Positions 46,110 to 55,490 of a stretch of DNA of 64,000 nucleotides are shown one piece after another. The DNA is from Patescibacteria group bacterium (GTDB taxonomy: Bacteria > Patescibacteriota > Patescibacteriia > Buchananbacterales > SURF-54), in assembly GCA_018818885.1 (NCBI GenBank), contig JAHIRB010000007.1:121089-185088 (forward strand). The letters are read 5' to 3'. Under the pieces are notes generated by a model. It ran no database searches. It was given only the letters and a program-made list of their open reading frames with translations, and was not told the origin of the DNA. The first letter of the stretch is position 1. Every line of letters begins with the position of its first letter. The translations under genes and the position numbers were made by a program.

Positions 46110-47885
46110 TTATTTTAATTTTTCTATTAACTCTTCTGGGAAAAACGGGATACCGGTGTATTTTAGTATTTTGTTATCAAATTCAATATTTAAATTCTCT
46201 TTAAGCAAATCTCCGAATTGACCTGTTTTGTTTGATTCAATCAACCACAATTTCTTACTACCTTTGATTAGTTTTTTAACTTCTTCTGCATCAATTGGCG
46301 CAACTGCTGTAAAGTGAATAAAATTAAACTTATCTGCTGGTAGCGCTTTCATAGCTTCTAAAACTGCTCCCTTGACTGATCCCCAGCCGATTAGAGTGGT
46401 TTTTGCACTCTTTGAGCCATAGAATCTTGGCTTGGGTAATTCCTTAATAATGCTTGGAAGCTTCTTATATCGTCTATCTTGTTGCTTAATTCTCATTTCT
46501 GCATCAAAGGCTTCTATAGTAAAACCGTGTTCGTCGTGTTCATCTGAATTAGCAATATGCACTCCTCCTTTCATGCCAGGAAAAGCACGTGAAGATATTC
46601 CATCTGCAGTTAGCTCGTATCTTTTATAATCTTTTATTTTGTCTAGTTGTTCTTGTGTTAAAATTTTGCCTCGATCAATTTTGACATTTGTTGTGACTAA
46701 CTCATCAACTGATTCATGTCCTTCGGAAATAAACTTATCTAGCAAGATTACTACTGGCACTTGATATTTTTCTGCTAAGTTAAATGCCCATGGTGTTAAA
46801 AACATTGCTTCTTTAGCATCACCAGGAGCTAATACGATTCGGATGAAATCTCCATGACCAACATTAGCAATAAATCTTAAATCTTCTTGTCCACCCCATG
46901 TTGGTAACCCTGTTGCTGGGCCTGGTCTTTGAGATTCAGCGATAACAACAGGAGTTTCTGTCAAAGCTGCCAAAGCCACACCTTCTGCCATCAAAGCAAA
47001 ACCTCCACCAGATGTACAGGTCATAGACCTTACCCCTGCATAACCTGCTCCTATTGCCATGTGAATAGCAGAAATTTCGTCTTCTGGTTGTTTTACTATC
47101 ATACCAGACCGCTCTGCCCACTTAGCTGCGTAATGTAAAATTGACGACGCAGGTGTCATTGGATAAGCTGACATGAACTTACAGCCAGCTGCAATGCTGC
47201 CCAAAACTACTGCTTCGTTGGCAGTGATAACTACTTTATCTTTTCCGCCAGAGGCGGGTCCGCCTTTGGCGGATTTCTCTGGCTTGGTTTTTAAATCGTA
47301 TTTAAATTCTTTGGGATTACTATTTTGTGTCGCGTAATCAAAACCCGTTTTGATTGCTTTAATATTCATATCTATTACTTCTTTACCTTTACTGGCAAAA
47401 ATATCTCGCATCATACTGTTTAGTAGCTCTATGTTAAAATCAAGCATTGCCGCTACTGCGCCAATTGCAATTGAATTGGTAGTAATTGGTTTTAAGGTAG
47501 CTTCTTTGACAATTGTTGCTAAAGGCAATGGATATAGTTTGATATTTTTATCTTTTGGCAGTTCGCTTTGCTCTATTTTGAATTTATCAGAATCATAAAA
47601 AACCACTGCACCAGAAACAAGTTCATTTTTGCAGTGATCAAAAGAAAGCTTTGAAAGACATATCATTAAATTAACGTCGTAGTAGGCAGCATAAACAGGT
47701 TCTGGCCCAACGCTAATTTGATAGGTAACAAGCCCGCCTCTAATTCGAGATGGGTATTCTGAATAATCATAAGTATAAAGACCTCCGCGCGCGCAAGCCT
47801 TAGCAAAGGTTAAACCAGCAACTTGTTGGCCTTGTCCTGCTTCGCCTCCGATCTTTAACGTAAATATGTTGGAATTTTTCGGCAT
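46110..47885 (-). CDS. porA: 2-oxoacid:ferredoxin oxidoreductase alpha subunit with N-terminal gamma-like domain
   Basis: 591 aa. Gamma-domain-like N-terminus (IGGEAGQGQQVAGLTFAKA) fused to the alpha domain. Adjacent to the beta subunit. Confidence 0.85.
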   Translation of the reverse strand: MPKNSNIFTLKIGGEAGQGQQVAGLTFAKACARGGLYTYDYSEYPSRIRGGLVTYQISVGPEPVYAAYYDVNLMICLSKLSFDHCKNELVSGAVVFYDSDKFKIEQSELPKDKNIKLYPLPLATIVKEATLKPITTNSIAIGAVAAMLDFNIELLNSMMRDIFASKGKEVIDMNIKAIKTGFDYATQNSNPKEFKYDLKTKPEKSAKGGPASGGKDKVVITANEAVVLGSIAAGCKFMSAYPMTPASSILHYAAKWAERSGMIVKQPEDEISAIHMAIGAGYAGVRSMTCTSGGGFALMAEGVALAALTETPVVIAESQRPGPATGLPTWGGQEDLRFIANVGHGDFIRIVLAPGDAKEAMFLTPWAFNLAEKYQVPVVILLDKFISEGHESVDELVTTNVKIDRGKILTQEQLDKIKDYKRYELTADGISSRAFPGMKGGVHIANSDEHDEHGFTIEAFDAEMRIKQQDRRYKKLPSIIKELPKPRFYGSKSAKTTLIGWGSVKGAVLEAMKALPADKFNFIHFTAVAPIDAEEVKKLIKGSKKLWLIESNKTGQFGDLLKENLNIEFDNKILKYTGIPFFPEELIEKLK

Positions 47886-47943
47886 AAAATTAAAACTTGG
47901 TGATCTTTGTGATCATGGTGTTATTTTAGCTAAAACAACTAAA

Positions 47944-48117
47944 TTATAGGTCTTGTGGTTTAACTGTAGTACGCCTGTTGCTCTTGCAACGATAAGTTGC
48001 AACTTCAAGGAGTTGTACTACTTTTTCGTTTAAAGCCCCCAAAGTATCACTAGAAGTGTGACAGCCTTTTGATTTAATATAAGCCTTAACTTTTGAGCCC
48101 ACTACCATTGTATCCAT
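47944..48117 (-). CDS. Histone-fold (HMf-like / DUF1931-type) small DNA-binding protein, 57 aa, missed by the ORF track
   Basis: Manual translation: MDTMVVGSKVKAYIKSKGCHTSSDTLGALNEKVVQLLEVATYRCKSNRRTTVKPQDL. Aligns to archaeal HMfB-type histone-fold landmarks (...SDDA...L...LEE...A...A...GRKTIKAEDI). Confidence 0.55.
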   Translation of the reverse strand: MDTMVVGSKVKAYIKSKGCHTSSDTLGALNEKVVQLLEVATYRCKSNRRTTVKPQDL

Positions 48118-48160
48118 ACGTTTGGTAGTTAATTGTTAGCTCAATCTTATTATAACAAAA

Positions 48161-49570
48161 TCATCGATTTTGGGCAAAAAATTTGTTTATATATGATATT
48201 AACAATAGTACTGCAATTGGAATAATTTGCATATTTGCTCTTATCATTGCGTTGAGGCTTTGCGATTTATCAGTAAACATAAATACAAAATTGTATAGTG
48301 CAAAAAGCAATAAAAAAGCAAAAGTCATTTTTTGTAAAGATTGACTATGATAAATATCTTTAATCTTTAATATCATTATTATAAACAAAGCTATCAATAA
48401 AAAACTAAAATGACTTCTAAAAAGTAATAGCGAAAACCATCGAGTGAATTCACTAACCTGAAATATCATATTAAAACTACTTGAATCCCCGCTTAAAACA
48501 TCAAGATCATATAACCAACGAAACAATAACCATGGAGATACAATAAACAGTGATGTTAATAAATATTTAATTGACGTCTTAAATCTTAGTTGCTTACTAA
48601 TTACTAAAAAGATCATAAATATTATTAGTGACGGCAACACCAAGGCAAAGCCTTCATTCTTTGTCCAAATGCTAAATGCCAAACCAAATGCAGAGATATA
48701 TAAATATGGTTTATCTCTTGTTTGCAGATACATAAATAAAGCGCTGTAGGCCAAGAATATGAATGAAGTGATTTCTAAATCAGCATAGGCAATTCGAGAA
48801 TGGAGAACAAGAAACGGCAAACTAGCTAACAAGTATGTACTAATCAATTTTATTGTGCGAGAAAATATCTTTGGCAATGATTGATAGAACAAAAATATCA
48901 AAGCAATATAAAAAACTAAGGAATATAAATTAATTACATTTTCGTTCCATTTTGTAAGTAGTGACGCTTGCCATACTTTAAGTAGAGGATCATTTAAAGG
49001 ATAACTCTTTATTCCTCCACCCAAAAAAAATTCGTTTGGCTTGTTCATTGGCAACTGATGTTGTGTGTAAATAACTTTCGGACGAAGATTCCAATTATTC
49101 CAGGCATCAAAATCGTAGGTTGGATTATGAATAATTTGATAAGCACCTAAAACTGACTGGGATAGAACATAAATGACAAGCAAAGTAAGTAATATTAAAT
49201 TTAATTTTTTCCACTTTATTATTTCTTTTATTTTCTTAACCTCTTTATAACATTTCTTAAAACTAAATTCACTTTTAAATTTAAAATGAATAATTTCTAG
49301 CAAAATTATTGGCGTAATCATCATTGGTAACAAAGTTCTACCAACTAAATTTCCGCCAGTCCACGTATATATAAAAATTATTGTTGTCATCAATCCAATA
49401 CCGATCAGAAATGATACGGCAAGCTTGTACAAGTATGCCAAATTGTCATGTTTATCTAATAACGAAACAACTACCCAGCCCAAATACCAAGGGACTAAAT
49501 AACTAATTGTAATTATTAGTATATCAATCATATTCTTTAAAAATAAATGATGTTGAGTTAAATGATGCAA
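48161..49570 (-). CDS. Polytopic integral membrane protein (possible GT-C-like glycosyltransferase)
   Basis: 469 aa, at least 10 TM helices; no confident family assignment. Confidence 0.4.
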   Translation of the reverse strand: MHHLTQHHLFLKNMIDILIITISYLVPWYLGWVVVSLLDKHDNLAYLYKLAVSFLIGIGLMTTIIFIYTWTGGNLVGRTLLPMMITPIILLEIIHFKFKSEFSFKKCYKEVKKIKEIIKWKKLNLILLTLLVIYVLSQSVLGAYQIIHNPTYDFDAWNNWNLRPKVIYTQHQLPMNKPNEFFLGGGIKSYPLNDPLLKVWQASLLTKWNENVINLYSLVFYIALIFLFYQSLPKIFSRTIKLISTYLLASLPFLVLHSRIAYADLEITSFIFLAYSALFMYLQTRDKPYLYISAFGLAFSIWTKNEGFALVLPSLIIFMIFLVISKQLRFKTSIKYLLTSLFIVSPWLLFRWLYDLDVLSGDSSSFNMIFQVSEFTRWFSLLLFRSHFSFLLIALFIIMILKIKDIYHSQSLQKMTFAFLLLFALYNFVFMFTDKSQSLNAMIRANMQIIPIAVLLLISYINKFFAQNR

Positions 49571-50630
49571 TTACTTCGCCAGCATCTGACAAAACTTCGT
49601 CCCCTGAATAAAGCTTATTATCGTCTGCATTATATTTAATACTTGCATTTTTGTAGACAACATAGTATTTAGAATTTAACGAGTCGCGTCTGACTAAAAT
49701 CGGGTAGAGATAATATTGTAGTTTTCTATTGGTGTCGTCGTAAGTACCAATTGCAGAATAATAATTTATCATTTCGACTTTATCAGGTAAATTGTTATTT
49801 ACAAAATCAATAAACTGGTATAAATCTCTATCGTTTCGAAAAACTTTTTCCTCGTACTTTGGTTTTATCCAGTTTTGATAATCATCTTTAGCGTAAGATA
49901 TGAATTCACCGCTAACTCGTAGATCGATTACAATCCACATTATCAATAATATTACGATGGCTGTTTTTTTATACTTCTTCGAATACAATAAAAATAATAT
50001 TGCCAAAATAATAATTGGCAACAAATATGCAATTGTTGGGCGTCCAAAAATTTGCGGAATGGCAAAAAAGTTTGGGGTATAAGGTGAATAGCTGTCAGTT
50101 ACAAAAAAATCTTTAAGCGCTACTCCTACCTGTTTTATACTATTATTTTTAGTTAGTTTAATTTCTTTGATTGTAATTGTGTTTAATTGCTGATTGACTG
50201 CAATAATTGCAATGTTTTCGATATCTTTTTTAAAGTAAGGCCTACTTAAGGAAAAATTGTATGTTTGCAGTTCATCACTCTTTTTTATTTGATATCGCAT
50301 ATCATAAGTACTTTCTGCTGTTTTTTGTACATCAGCAACAGTTCTTAGCTCAAAATCTGAATCTGATTTTAAAGTTATTTCAAGATTATTATAGTCCTTA
50401 AACTCAAATTCGCCTTTTGGCACAACAATATATGATTTCCCCTGTCCTTTAACTGTTAATGTATTATCTTGAGCGTTGGCTGATACATCTTGAAAATAAA
50501 AAAACTCTAAACCAAAATCATTAATACTACCATCTTGGTTTAGATCAAACTGCCACAAAATCTGCTGATTTTGAGCAAAAACAAAACTTGGTAATAACAA
50601 AAGAAAAAAAAATATTAACCAAGTCTTCAT
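49524..50630 (-). CDS. Hypothetical secreted/membrane-anchored protein
   Basis: Signal peptide (MKTWLIFFFLLLLPSFVFA) and a TM near the C-terminal third. Confidence 0.45.
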   Translation of the reverse strand: MKTWLIFFFLLLLPSFVFAQNQQILWQFDLNQDGSINDFGLEFFYFQDVSANAQDNTLTVKGQGKSYIVVPKGEFEFKDYNNLEITLKSDSDFELRTVADVQKTAESTYDMRYQIKKSDELQTYNFSLSRPYFKKDIENIAIIAVNQQLNTITIKEIKLTKNNSIKQVGVALKDFFVTDSYSPYTPNFFAIPQIFGRPTIAYLLPIIILAILFLLYSKKYKKTAIVILLIMWIVIDLRVSGEFISYAKDDYQNWIKPKYEEKVFRNDRDLYQFIDFVNNNLPDKVEMINYYSAIGTYDDTNRKLQYYLYPILVRRDSLNSKYYVVYKNASIKYNADDNKLYSGDEVLSDAGEVIASFNSTSFIFKEYD

Positions 50631-50640
50631 ATAAGTTTAA

Positions 50641-51069
50641 TTATGGGTATTGCTGACGGCAAGTATCTTCACACTCAAATGCTTTTTGACCATCTGCTTC
50701 TTGCTCGCATTTTTCTACACAAGACTTACAACCCATAAACATATGGCTTTCTGCAAACTCGCATTCTGAACCAACTATTTCGCATTGAGCAAATTGACGG
50801 CAGAAATCCCCTAATTTATAAACTGCCGTACAAGCATCTGGTGGGTTTGGACCACATACTATATCTAAACCATGACAATTTTCTATGGCGCAGTTTGGTG
50901 GTGGCGCAGATGGTACTCCGTGTTTTACCCAATTGCCGTTGATATTAAGCCAAGTATCTTCTTCACCTCTCACAAACATCATAATCAACACAAGGCCAAC
51001 AAGAGCGATAGCGATAATGCCGATTGTGACAGCGATTTTTTTCACTTGTGGTGCGTTTGTCGAACTCAT
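50641..51069 (-). CDS. Cysteine-rich membrane-anchored small protein
   Basis: N-terminal TM plus a 16-Cys extracytoplasmic domain (CAIENCHGLDIVCGPNPPDACTAVYKLGDFCRQFAQCEIVGSECEF...). Confidence 0.5.
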   Translation of the reverse strand: MSSTNAPQVKKIAVTIGIIAIALVGLVLIMMFVRGEEDTWLNINGNWVKHGVPSAPPPNCAIENCHGLDIVCGPNPPDACTAVYKLGDFCRQFAQCEIVGSECEFAESHMFMGCKSCVEKCEQEADGQKAFECEDTCRQQYP

Positions 51070-51073
51070 AGAT

Positions 51074-52033
51074 TTATACTACTTCTTTTCTATCATATTC
51101 ATCGATAATTTCTTCACCAATAATTTCTTCTATTACGTCTTCAATGGTAATGATTCCCAACACATCTTCTTTGGTATTTTTGACTACGAAAAGATGATGC
51201 CTGGTGTGCCTAAAAGCATTTAAAACTTCGTCTAATTTTTTATTTTCCGTTACATAATGAACGTGTCTTCTCATTACATCAACAATGAGTTTGTTTTCAC
51301 TAACATGTATGAGGTCTTTTACATATAAAATCCCGACAATATTATTTTTATTTTTTTTATAAACTGGAATACGAGAGTGACCATAAGTCTGGATTTTTTG
51401 TATCATTGCTCTATCTAGCGCTGCGTCTGCAGAAATAAAAAAAACTTTGCTTGCATTTGTCATGGCAACTTTTACTTTTTTGTCTGAATACGAGAGCGCG
51501 CCCTTAATTATTTTTTCTTCGTCTTCATCAATTAGGCTTCGAGAAGAATCTTCGTGATCTTCTACCATTTTTATGATTTCTTTTTTTGAATATATTGTTA
51601 AACGCTCATCACCTAGCAACCAGTCGAGTAACCACGAAAGAGGCCAGCAAACTGGATAGAAAATAAAAATAAAAAATTTAACTAACCAAGCAAATTTGTA
51701 TCCTACAAAAATTGCATATCGGCTAAATGTTGCTTGAGGTAAAATTTCTCCAAAAATTACAATTAAAATTGTTGCTACTACTACGGCAAAGATGCTTGTC
51801 GTGATTGTGCCTAAATAAACTGAAAGTGTGGTGTTAACTAAAACATTTCCAATCAATAGTGTACACAAAAGTAAATTACTTTTTTGTCTAACCTTATATA
51901 TTGCTTGAGCTTTTTTATCTCCTAGTTCTGATTTTCTTTTTAGCTCGTCTTTATTAAGACTAAAATAGGCTAAAGTTAAACCAGAAAAAATTCCAGAAAA
52001 TCCTACGAGTATAATTATAATAAATATGTACAT
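51074..52033 (-). CDS. CNNM/HlyC/CorC-family protein (DUF21 membrane domain plus CBS pair)
   Basis: DUF21-type N-terminus (IIIILVGFSGIFSGLTLAYFSLNKDEL) and tandem CBS domains. Confidence 0.8.
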   Translation of the reverse strand: MYIFIIIILVGFSGIFSGLTLAYFSLNKDELKRKSELGDKKAQAIYKVRQKSNLLLCTLLIGNVLVNTTLSVYLGTITTSIFAVVVATILIVIFGEILPQATFSRYAIFVGYKFAWLVKFFIFIFYPVCWPLSWLLDWLLGDERLTIYSKKEIIKMVEDHEDSSRSLIDEDEEKIIKGALSYSDKKVKVAMTNASKVFFISADAALDRAMIQKIQTYGHSRIPVYKKNKNNIVGILYVKDLIHVSENKLIVDVMRRHVHYVTENKKLDEVLNAFRHTRHHLFVVKNTKEDVLGIITIEDVIEEIIGEEIIDEYDRKEVV

Positions 52034-52036
52034 AAA

Positions 52037-52372
52037 TTATTTTAAGGTTTGGTTTAATGCGTAAGTTATAATTGATAAAATTACACTAAACAGCAATGCC
52101 CACCAAAATGTTTTGACATCAAAACCTGGAACAATCCAAGCAACTAGCATAATCAATAACGCATTAATAACAAACGTAAATAAACCTAATGTTAAAATAT
52201 TGATAGGAAGAGTCAAAATTATTAGTAGTGGCTTAATAAACGCATTAATCAAACCTAAAACTAAAGCTGCAACTAATGCAGCCCATACTCCAGCGACCAT
52301 AACACCAGAAAGCAAGTAGCCGGTAATTATTATTGCCAAGGTTGATATCAACCATTTTATAACAAAAGTCAT
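52037..52372 (-). CDS. DUF360 / phage-holin-4-2-like small membrane protein
   Basis: 111 aa, 4 TM helices, glycine-rich. Confidence 0.45.
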   Translation of the reverse strand: MTFVIKWLISTLAIIITGYLLSGVMVAGVWAALVAALVLGLINAFIKPLLIILTLPINILTLGLFTFVINALLIMLVAWIVPGFDVKTFWWALLFSVILSIITYALNQTLK

Positions 52373-52420
52373 ATTAAAAAATTATGATTTATATAATAAG
52401 TATATCAAGATTTGCTAAAT

Positions 52421-52446
52421 AAAAAAACCTCCAAATCGCTTTGGAG
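52421..52446 (-). terminator. Rho-independent terminator of hup
   Basis: Minus strand: CTCCAAA-GCGA-TTTGGAG followed by GTTTTTTT. Confidence 0.7.
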
Positions 52447-52471
52447 ATTTTTTTATTTGAACTACTAATCT

Positions 52472-52753
52472 TTACAAAAGTGAGTCTTTAGCAGCTTTAG
52501 CAACTCTGAATTTTACAACAGTTTTTGCAGGAATAGAAATTTCTTCGCCAGTAGCTGGGTTTCTTCCCATTCTTGCTTTTCGGTTTACTTTTACAAGTTT
52601 ACCAACACCTGGAATGACAAATTCGCCATTACCTTTTACTTCACTAAAAGCAAGTTCTACGAACTTGTCTAGAAAGCTTTCTACGTCTTTTTTGCTCATT
52701 TCAGTTGCTTCAGCCATAGCTGTAAGCATCTGAGATTTGGTCATTTTAGCCAT
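52472..52753 (-). CDS. hup: HU-family DNA-binding protein
   Basis: GRNPATGEEISIPAKTVVKFR arm motif; 93 aa. Confidence 0.85.
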   Translation of the reverse strand: MAKMTKSQMLTAMAEATEMSKKDVESFLDKFVELAFSEVKGNGEFVIPGVGKLVKVNRKARMGRNPATGEEISIPAKTVVKFRVAKAAKDSLL

Positions 52754-52835
52754 AATTTTTATAAATTATTTATTTTAGTTATTCACAATGCTTTGATAAG
52801 TATACATCAAATCATAAAAAAAGCCAATATATATA

Positions 52836-53249
52836 CTATTTTTTATTAAATTTTCGATATTCTAAAATCATAGTTACATCACGTACTACTACAGCTATAC
52901 CAATAGCTTTGTTATTTTTTTCTATGAGTGACGTGCTAAGTTCAATAATTCTTTTATTGCCTTCTTTGGTCTTTGCTTCTACGCGATACCTATCTGCTGA
53001 ATAACCTTTGGCTGCATGCGTGAAGGAAGCGATAATTTTTTTTAAACTCTTCAGCGGAAAAATCTTTACCAGCTTCATGGCATTTTTGCCTTCTAAATCT
53101 GATCTTTTATAATGCCCGATTTCTAAAAGTGTTCTGTTTACTTTTAATATTTTGCCGCTTAGATTTATGATAATCACTCCTTCGTTGAGGTTTTCGATTA
53201 CTAAATCTAGATTTTCTAGTATGTTGTTTGATGGTGTTTTGTTTGGCAT
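52836..53249 (-). CDS. PAS-domain protein
   Basis: PAS-like fold signature (LEGKNAMKLV...AVVVRDVT). Confidence 0.55.
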   Translation of the reverse strand: MPNKTPSNNILENLDLVIENLNEGVIIINLSGKILKVNRTLLEIGHYKRSDLEGKNAMKLVKIFPLKSLKKIIASFTHAAKGYSADRYRVEAKTKEGNKRIIELSTSLIEKNNKAIGIAVVVRDVTMILEYRKFNKK

Positions 53250-53308
53250 ATCTTGTTTATTATAACATTTTTGCCTTAAATAGAAAAACGTGGGTAAACC
53301 ACGTTTTA

Positions 53309-53343
53309 AGTAGTAAGTTATAAGTTGTAAGTTATAAGTTTGC
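53309..53343. repeat. AGTAAGTTATAAGTT-type repeat, left arm flanking the four-helix-bundle gene
   Basis: AGTAGTAAGTTATAAGTTGTAAGTTATAAGTTTGC. Reverse complement of 53706-53732 (TAAAACTTATAACTTATTGCTTACTGC). Related copy at 57922-57962. Confidence 0.45.
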
Positions 53344-53694
53344 TTAATTCATACTATTAGATAGTCCAGTGAGCATTCTGCCGATTTCTCTTGCTTTTTC
53401 TGTTAGATCTTCTCCAATATCCTTTTCTATATAACCAAGTTCATAACTTAATAGAAAATAGTATTTTAGTTCCTCTAAAGAAGTCTGTGCAATAACTAAA
53501 AAATGCCGGCGATCTTTCACGGTTTTTCTCTTACTGCCTTCTGCGATATTAGCAGGGATAGAAATTGCTGACCTTCTCATTTGACTCGTAAGTGCAAACA
53601 TCTCTGATTTTGGAAACTCATCAGTTACTTGATAGACATATTTAACTAATTGATGCGCCTTCAGCCACACTTTTAATTTCTTAAAGTTTTCCAT
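53344..53694 (-). CDS. Four-helix-bundle protein (23S rRNA intervening-sequence protein family)
   Basis: LKVWLKAHQLVKYVY...ALTSQMRRSAISIPANIAEG signature of the IVS four-helix-bundle family. Confidence 0.75.
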   Translation of the reverse strand: MENFKKLKVWLKAHQLVKYVYQVTDEFPKSEMFALTSQMRRSAISIPANIAEGSKRKTVKDRRHFLVIAQTSLEELKYYFLLSYELGYIEKDIGEDLTEKAREIGRMLTGLSNSMN

Positions 53695-53705
53695 ATTTGT
53701 ATACT

Positions 53706-53732
53706 TAAAACTTATAACTTATTGCTTACTGC
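53706..53732. repeat. AACTTATAACTTATTGCTTACT repeat, right arm
   Basis: See 53309-53343. Confidence 0.45.
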
Positions 53733-53745
53733 TCAACAACACAAA

Positions 53746-53762
53746 AAGCGCCTTAAGGCGCT
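53746..53762 (-). terminator. Rho-independent terminator
   Basis: Minus strand: GCGCC-TTAA-GGCGC followed by TTTTTGTGTTG. Confidence 0.6.
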
Positions 53763-53789
53763 CGCGTTGATTTGTTTAATTTATTTATT

Positions 53790-53972
53790 CTAAGCCTTTG
53801 AAATATCCCCTTCTTTTGCTTTATAATTCTCTGTACATTCCTTACAACATTGTAGTTGATTTAGTTTTTGAACATTATGGGTAACCTCAAAAAGCTCGTG
53901 GGATTCTTTGCCACAACATTGGCAATATCTTGGTTCGCCAGTTATAAATTTGTCTTTTTTGTCTTTTTTCAT
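53790..53972 (-). CDS. Small zinc-ribbon-like protein
   Basis: CQCC...CCKEC cysteine pairs; 60 aa. Confidence 0.4.
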   Translation of the reverse strand: MKKDKKDKFITGEPRYCQCCGKESHELFEVTHNVQKLNQLQCCKECTENYKAKEGDISKA

Positions 53973-53976
53973 ATTA

Positions 53977-55329
53977 TTATCTTTTACTATTTTTATGATG
54001 ACCTCTAGATGATCGTTTATTATCTTTTTTATAATAATGCTTTCTAGGCCCTTGCTGGCTAAACTGATTTTGTTTTTGGGTACGGTTTTGATTTAAGTGA
54101 GGTAATCTTTCTTGTTCTGCTACAAGCTCAGGCAGAGATAATACTGGTAGTGATTTACGAATTAGTAATTCAATTTTTCTAATATCAGCTTTTTCAGAAG
54201 GCGTAACAAATGATATAGCTTTTCCAAATTTGCCGGCACGTCCGGTTCTACCGATACGGTGGACATAATCTTCTGAGTTATCTGGTAGATCAAAATTAAT
54301 CACGATTGAAATATCTTTTACATCAATACCGCGAGAAGCAATGTCAGTTGCAACCATTACGCGAAATTTTCCACTGATAAATCCTTCTAGTGCTAGTTTT
54401 CTTTGAGCTTGGGAACGGTTGGAATGAATTTCTGTTGCTGTATGATACATATTACGAATATCACGAGCGATACGTTTTGCTCCGTGCTTGGTTCGTGAAA
54501 AAATCAAAATCTTTTCTGTGCTATATTGTTTCAGTAAAGTATCAAGTAATCGTGTCTTATTATTTTTTGTGATAACAAATACTTCTTGTTCTACGTTTTC
54601 TGCTGCGGTTCCTTGCGGTGCAATTTCAATTCGAAGCGGTAGCTTCATAAATGAACTAGCCAATTGTGAAATGGAATTTGGCATTGTTGCAGAAAACAAC
54701 ATTGTTTGGCGCTGTTTTGGCGCAGTTTGTAAAATACGTTTTATTTCTGGTAAAAAACCAATGTCGAGCATGCGGTCTGCTTCGTCTAGAGTAATAATAC
54801 TTACCTTATTAAGCCTGTAGACTCCTTGGTTCATTAAATCAGCTAAACGTCCTGGAGTGGCAATAACAATATGAGGATTATTTTTTAGAGCCTGTACTTG
54901 TGTGTGCTGAGAAACTCCTCCAATAACTACAACGGAACGTAATCCTAGCGGAGCGCCAACAACTTGTAATGCTTGTTCAACCTGAAGTGCAAGTTCGCGT
55001 GTTGGTACAAGAATCAATCCTTGCCCCTTATAAGTTCCGATGCGTTGAATCATCGGGATACCAAAAGCTAGTGTTTTTCCGGTTCCGGTTTGAGCAATAC
55101 CAACAACGTCTTTCCCTTGCAGAGCACCAGGAATAACTTGACGTTGAATAGGTGTAGGAATTTTAAATCCCTTGCTGGTAATAATTTCAAGAAACTTTTC
55201 TTCTATTCCAAAGTCGTTAAAACGACCAATAAATTGTTTTAATTGTGTCATAAAATAATGTGTGACCCAAGGTCCTTTCAGGGTCACGCTGACACAAAAA
55301 GATTCGAGTCGCTTGAAAAATTTATCCAA
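53977..55329 (-). CDS. DEAD-box ATP-dependent RNA helicase
   Basis: AQTGTGKT (motif I), DEAD, SAT, HRIGRTGRAG motifs; basic C-terminal tail. Confidence 0.85.
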   Translation of the reverse strand: MDKFFKRLESFCVSVTLKGPWVTHYFMTQLKQFIGRFNDFGIEEKFLEIITSKGFKIPTPIQRQVIPGALQGKDVVGIAQTGTGKTLAFGIPMIQRIGTYKGQGLILVPTRELALQVEQALQVVGAPLGLRSVVVIGGVSQHTQVQALKNNPHIVIATPGRLADLMNQGVYRLNKVSIITLDEADRMLDIGFLPEIKRILQTAPKQRQTMLFSATMPNSISQLASSFMKLPLRIEIAPQGTAAENVEQEVFVITKNNKTRLLDTLLKQYSTEKILIFSRTKHGAKRIARDIRNMYHTATEIHSNRSQAQRKLALEGFISGKFRVMVATDIASRGIDVKDISIVINFDLPDNSEDYVHRIGRTGRAGKFGKAISFVTPSEKADIRKIELLIRKSLPVLSLPELVAEQERLPHLNQNRTQKQNQFSQQGPRKHYYKKDNKRSSRGHHKNSKR

Positions 55330-55490
55330 GCATTCATTAATAATATACTATATCAAAAATAATATGTTTTGTCAAGCTTTTTTAAAATTATACGAATATA
55401 TATCTAAAAACCGTCAAATTTCATATATAAATTAAATATACCAAAAAAAACCGCCTTTCAACTCACAAGACGGTTTTTTAAGTTAATATT

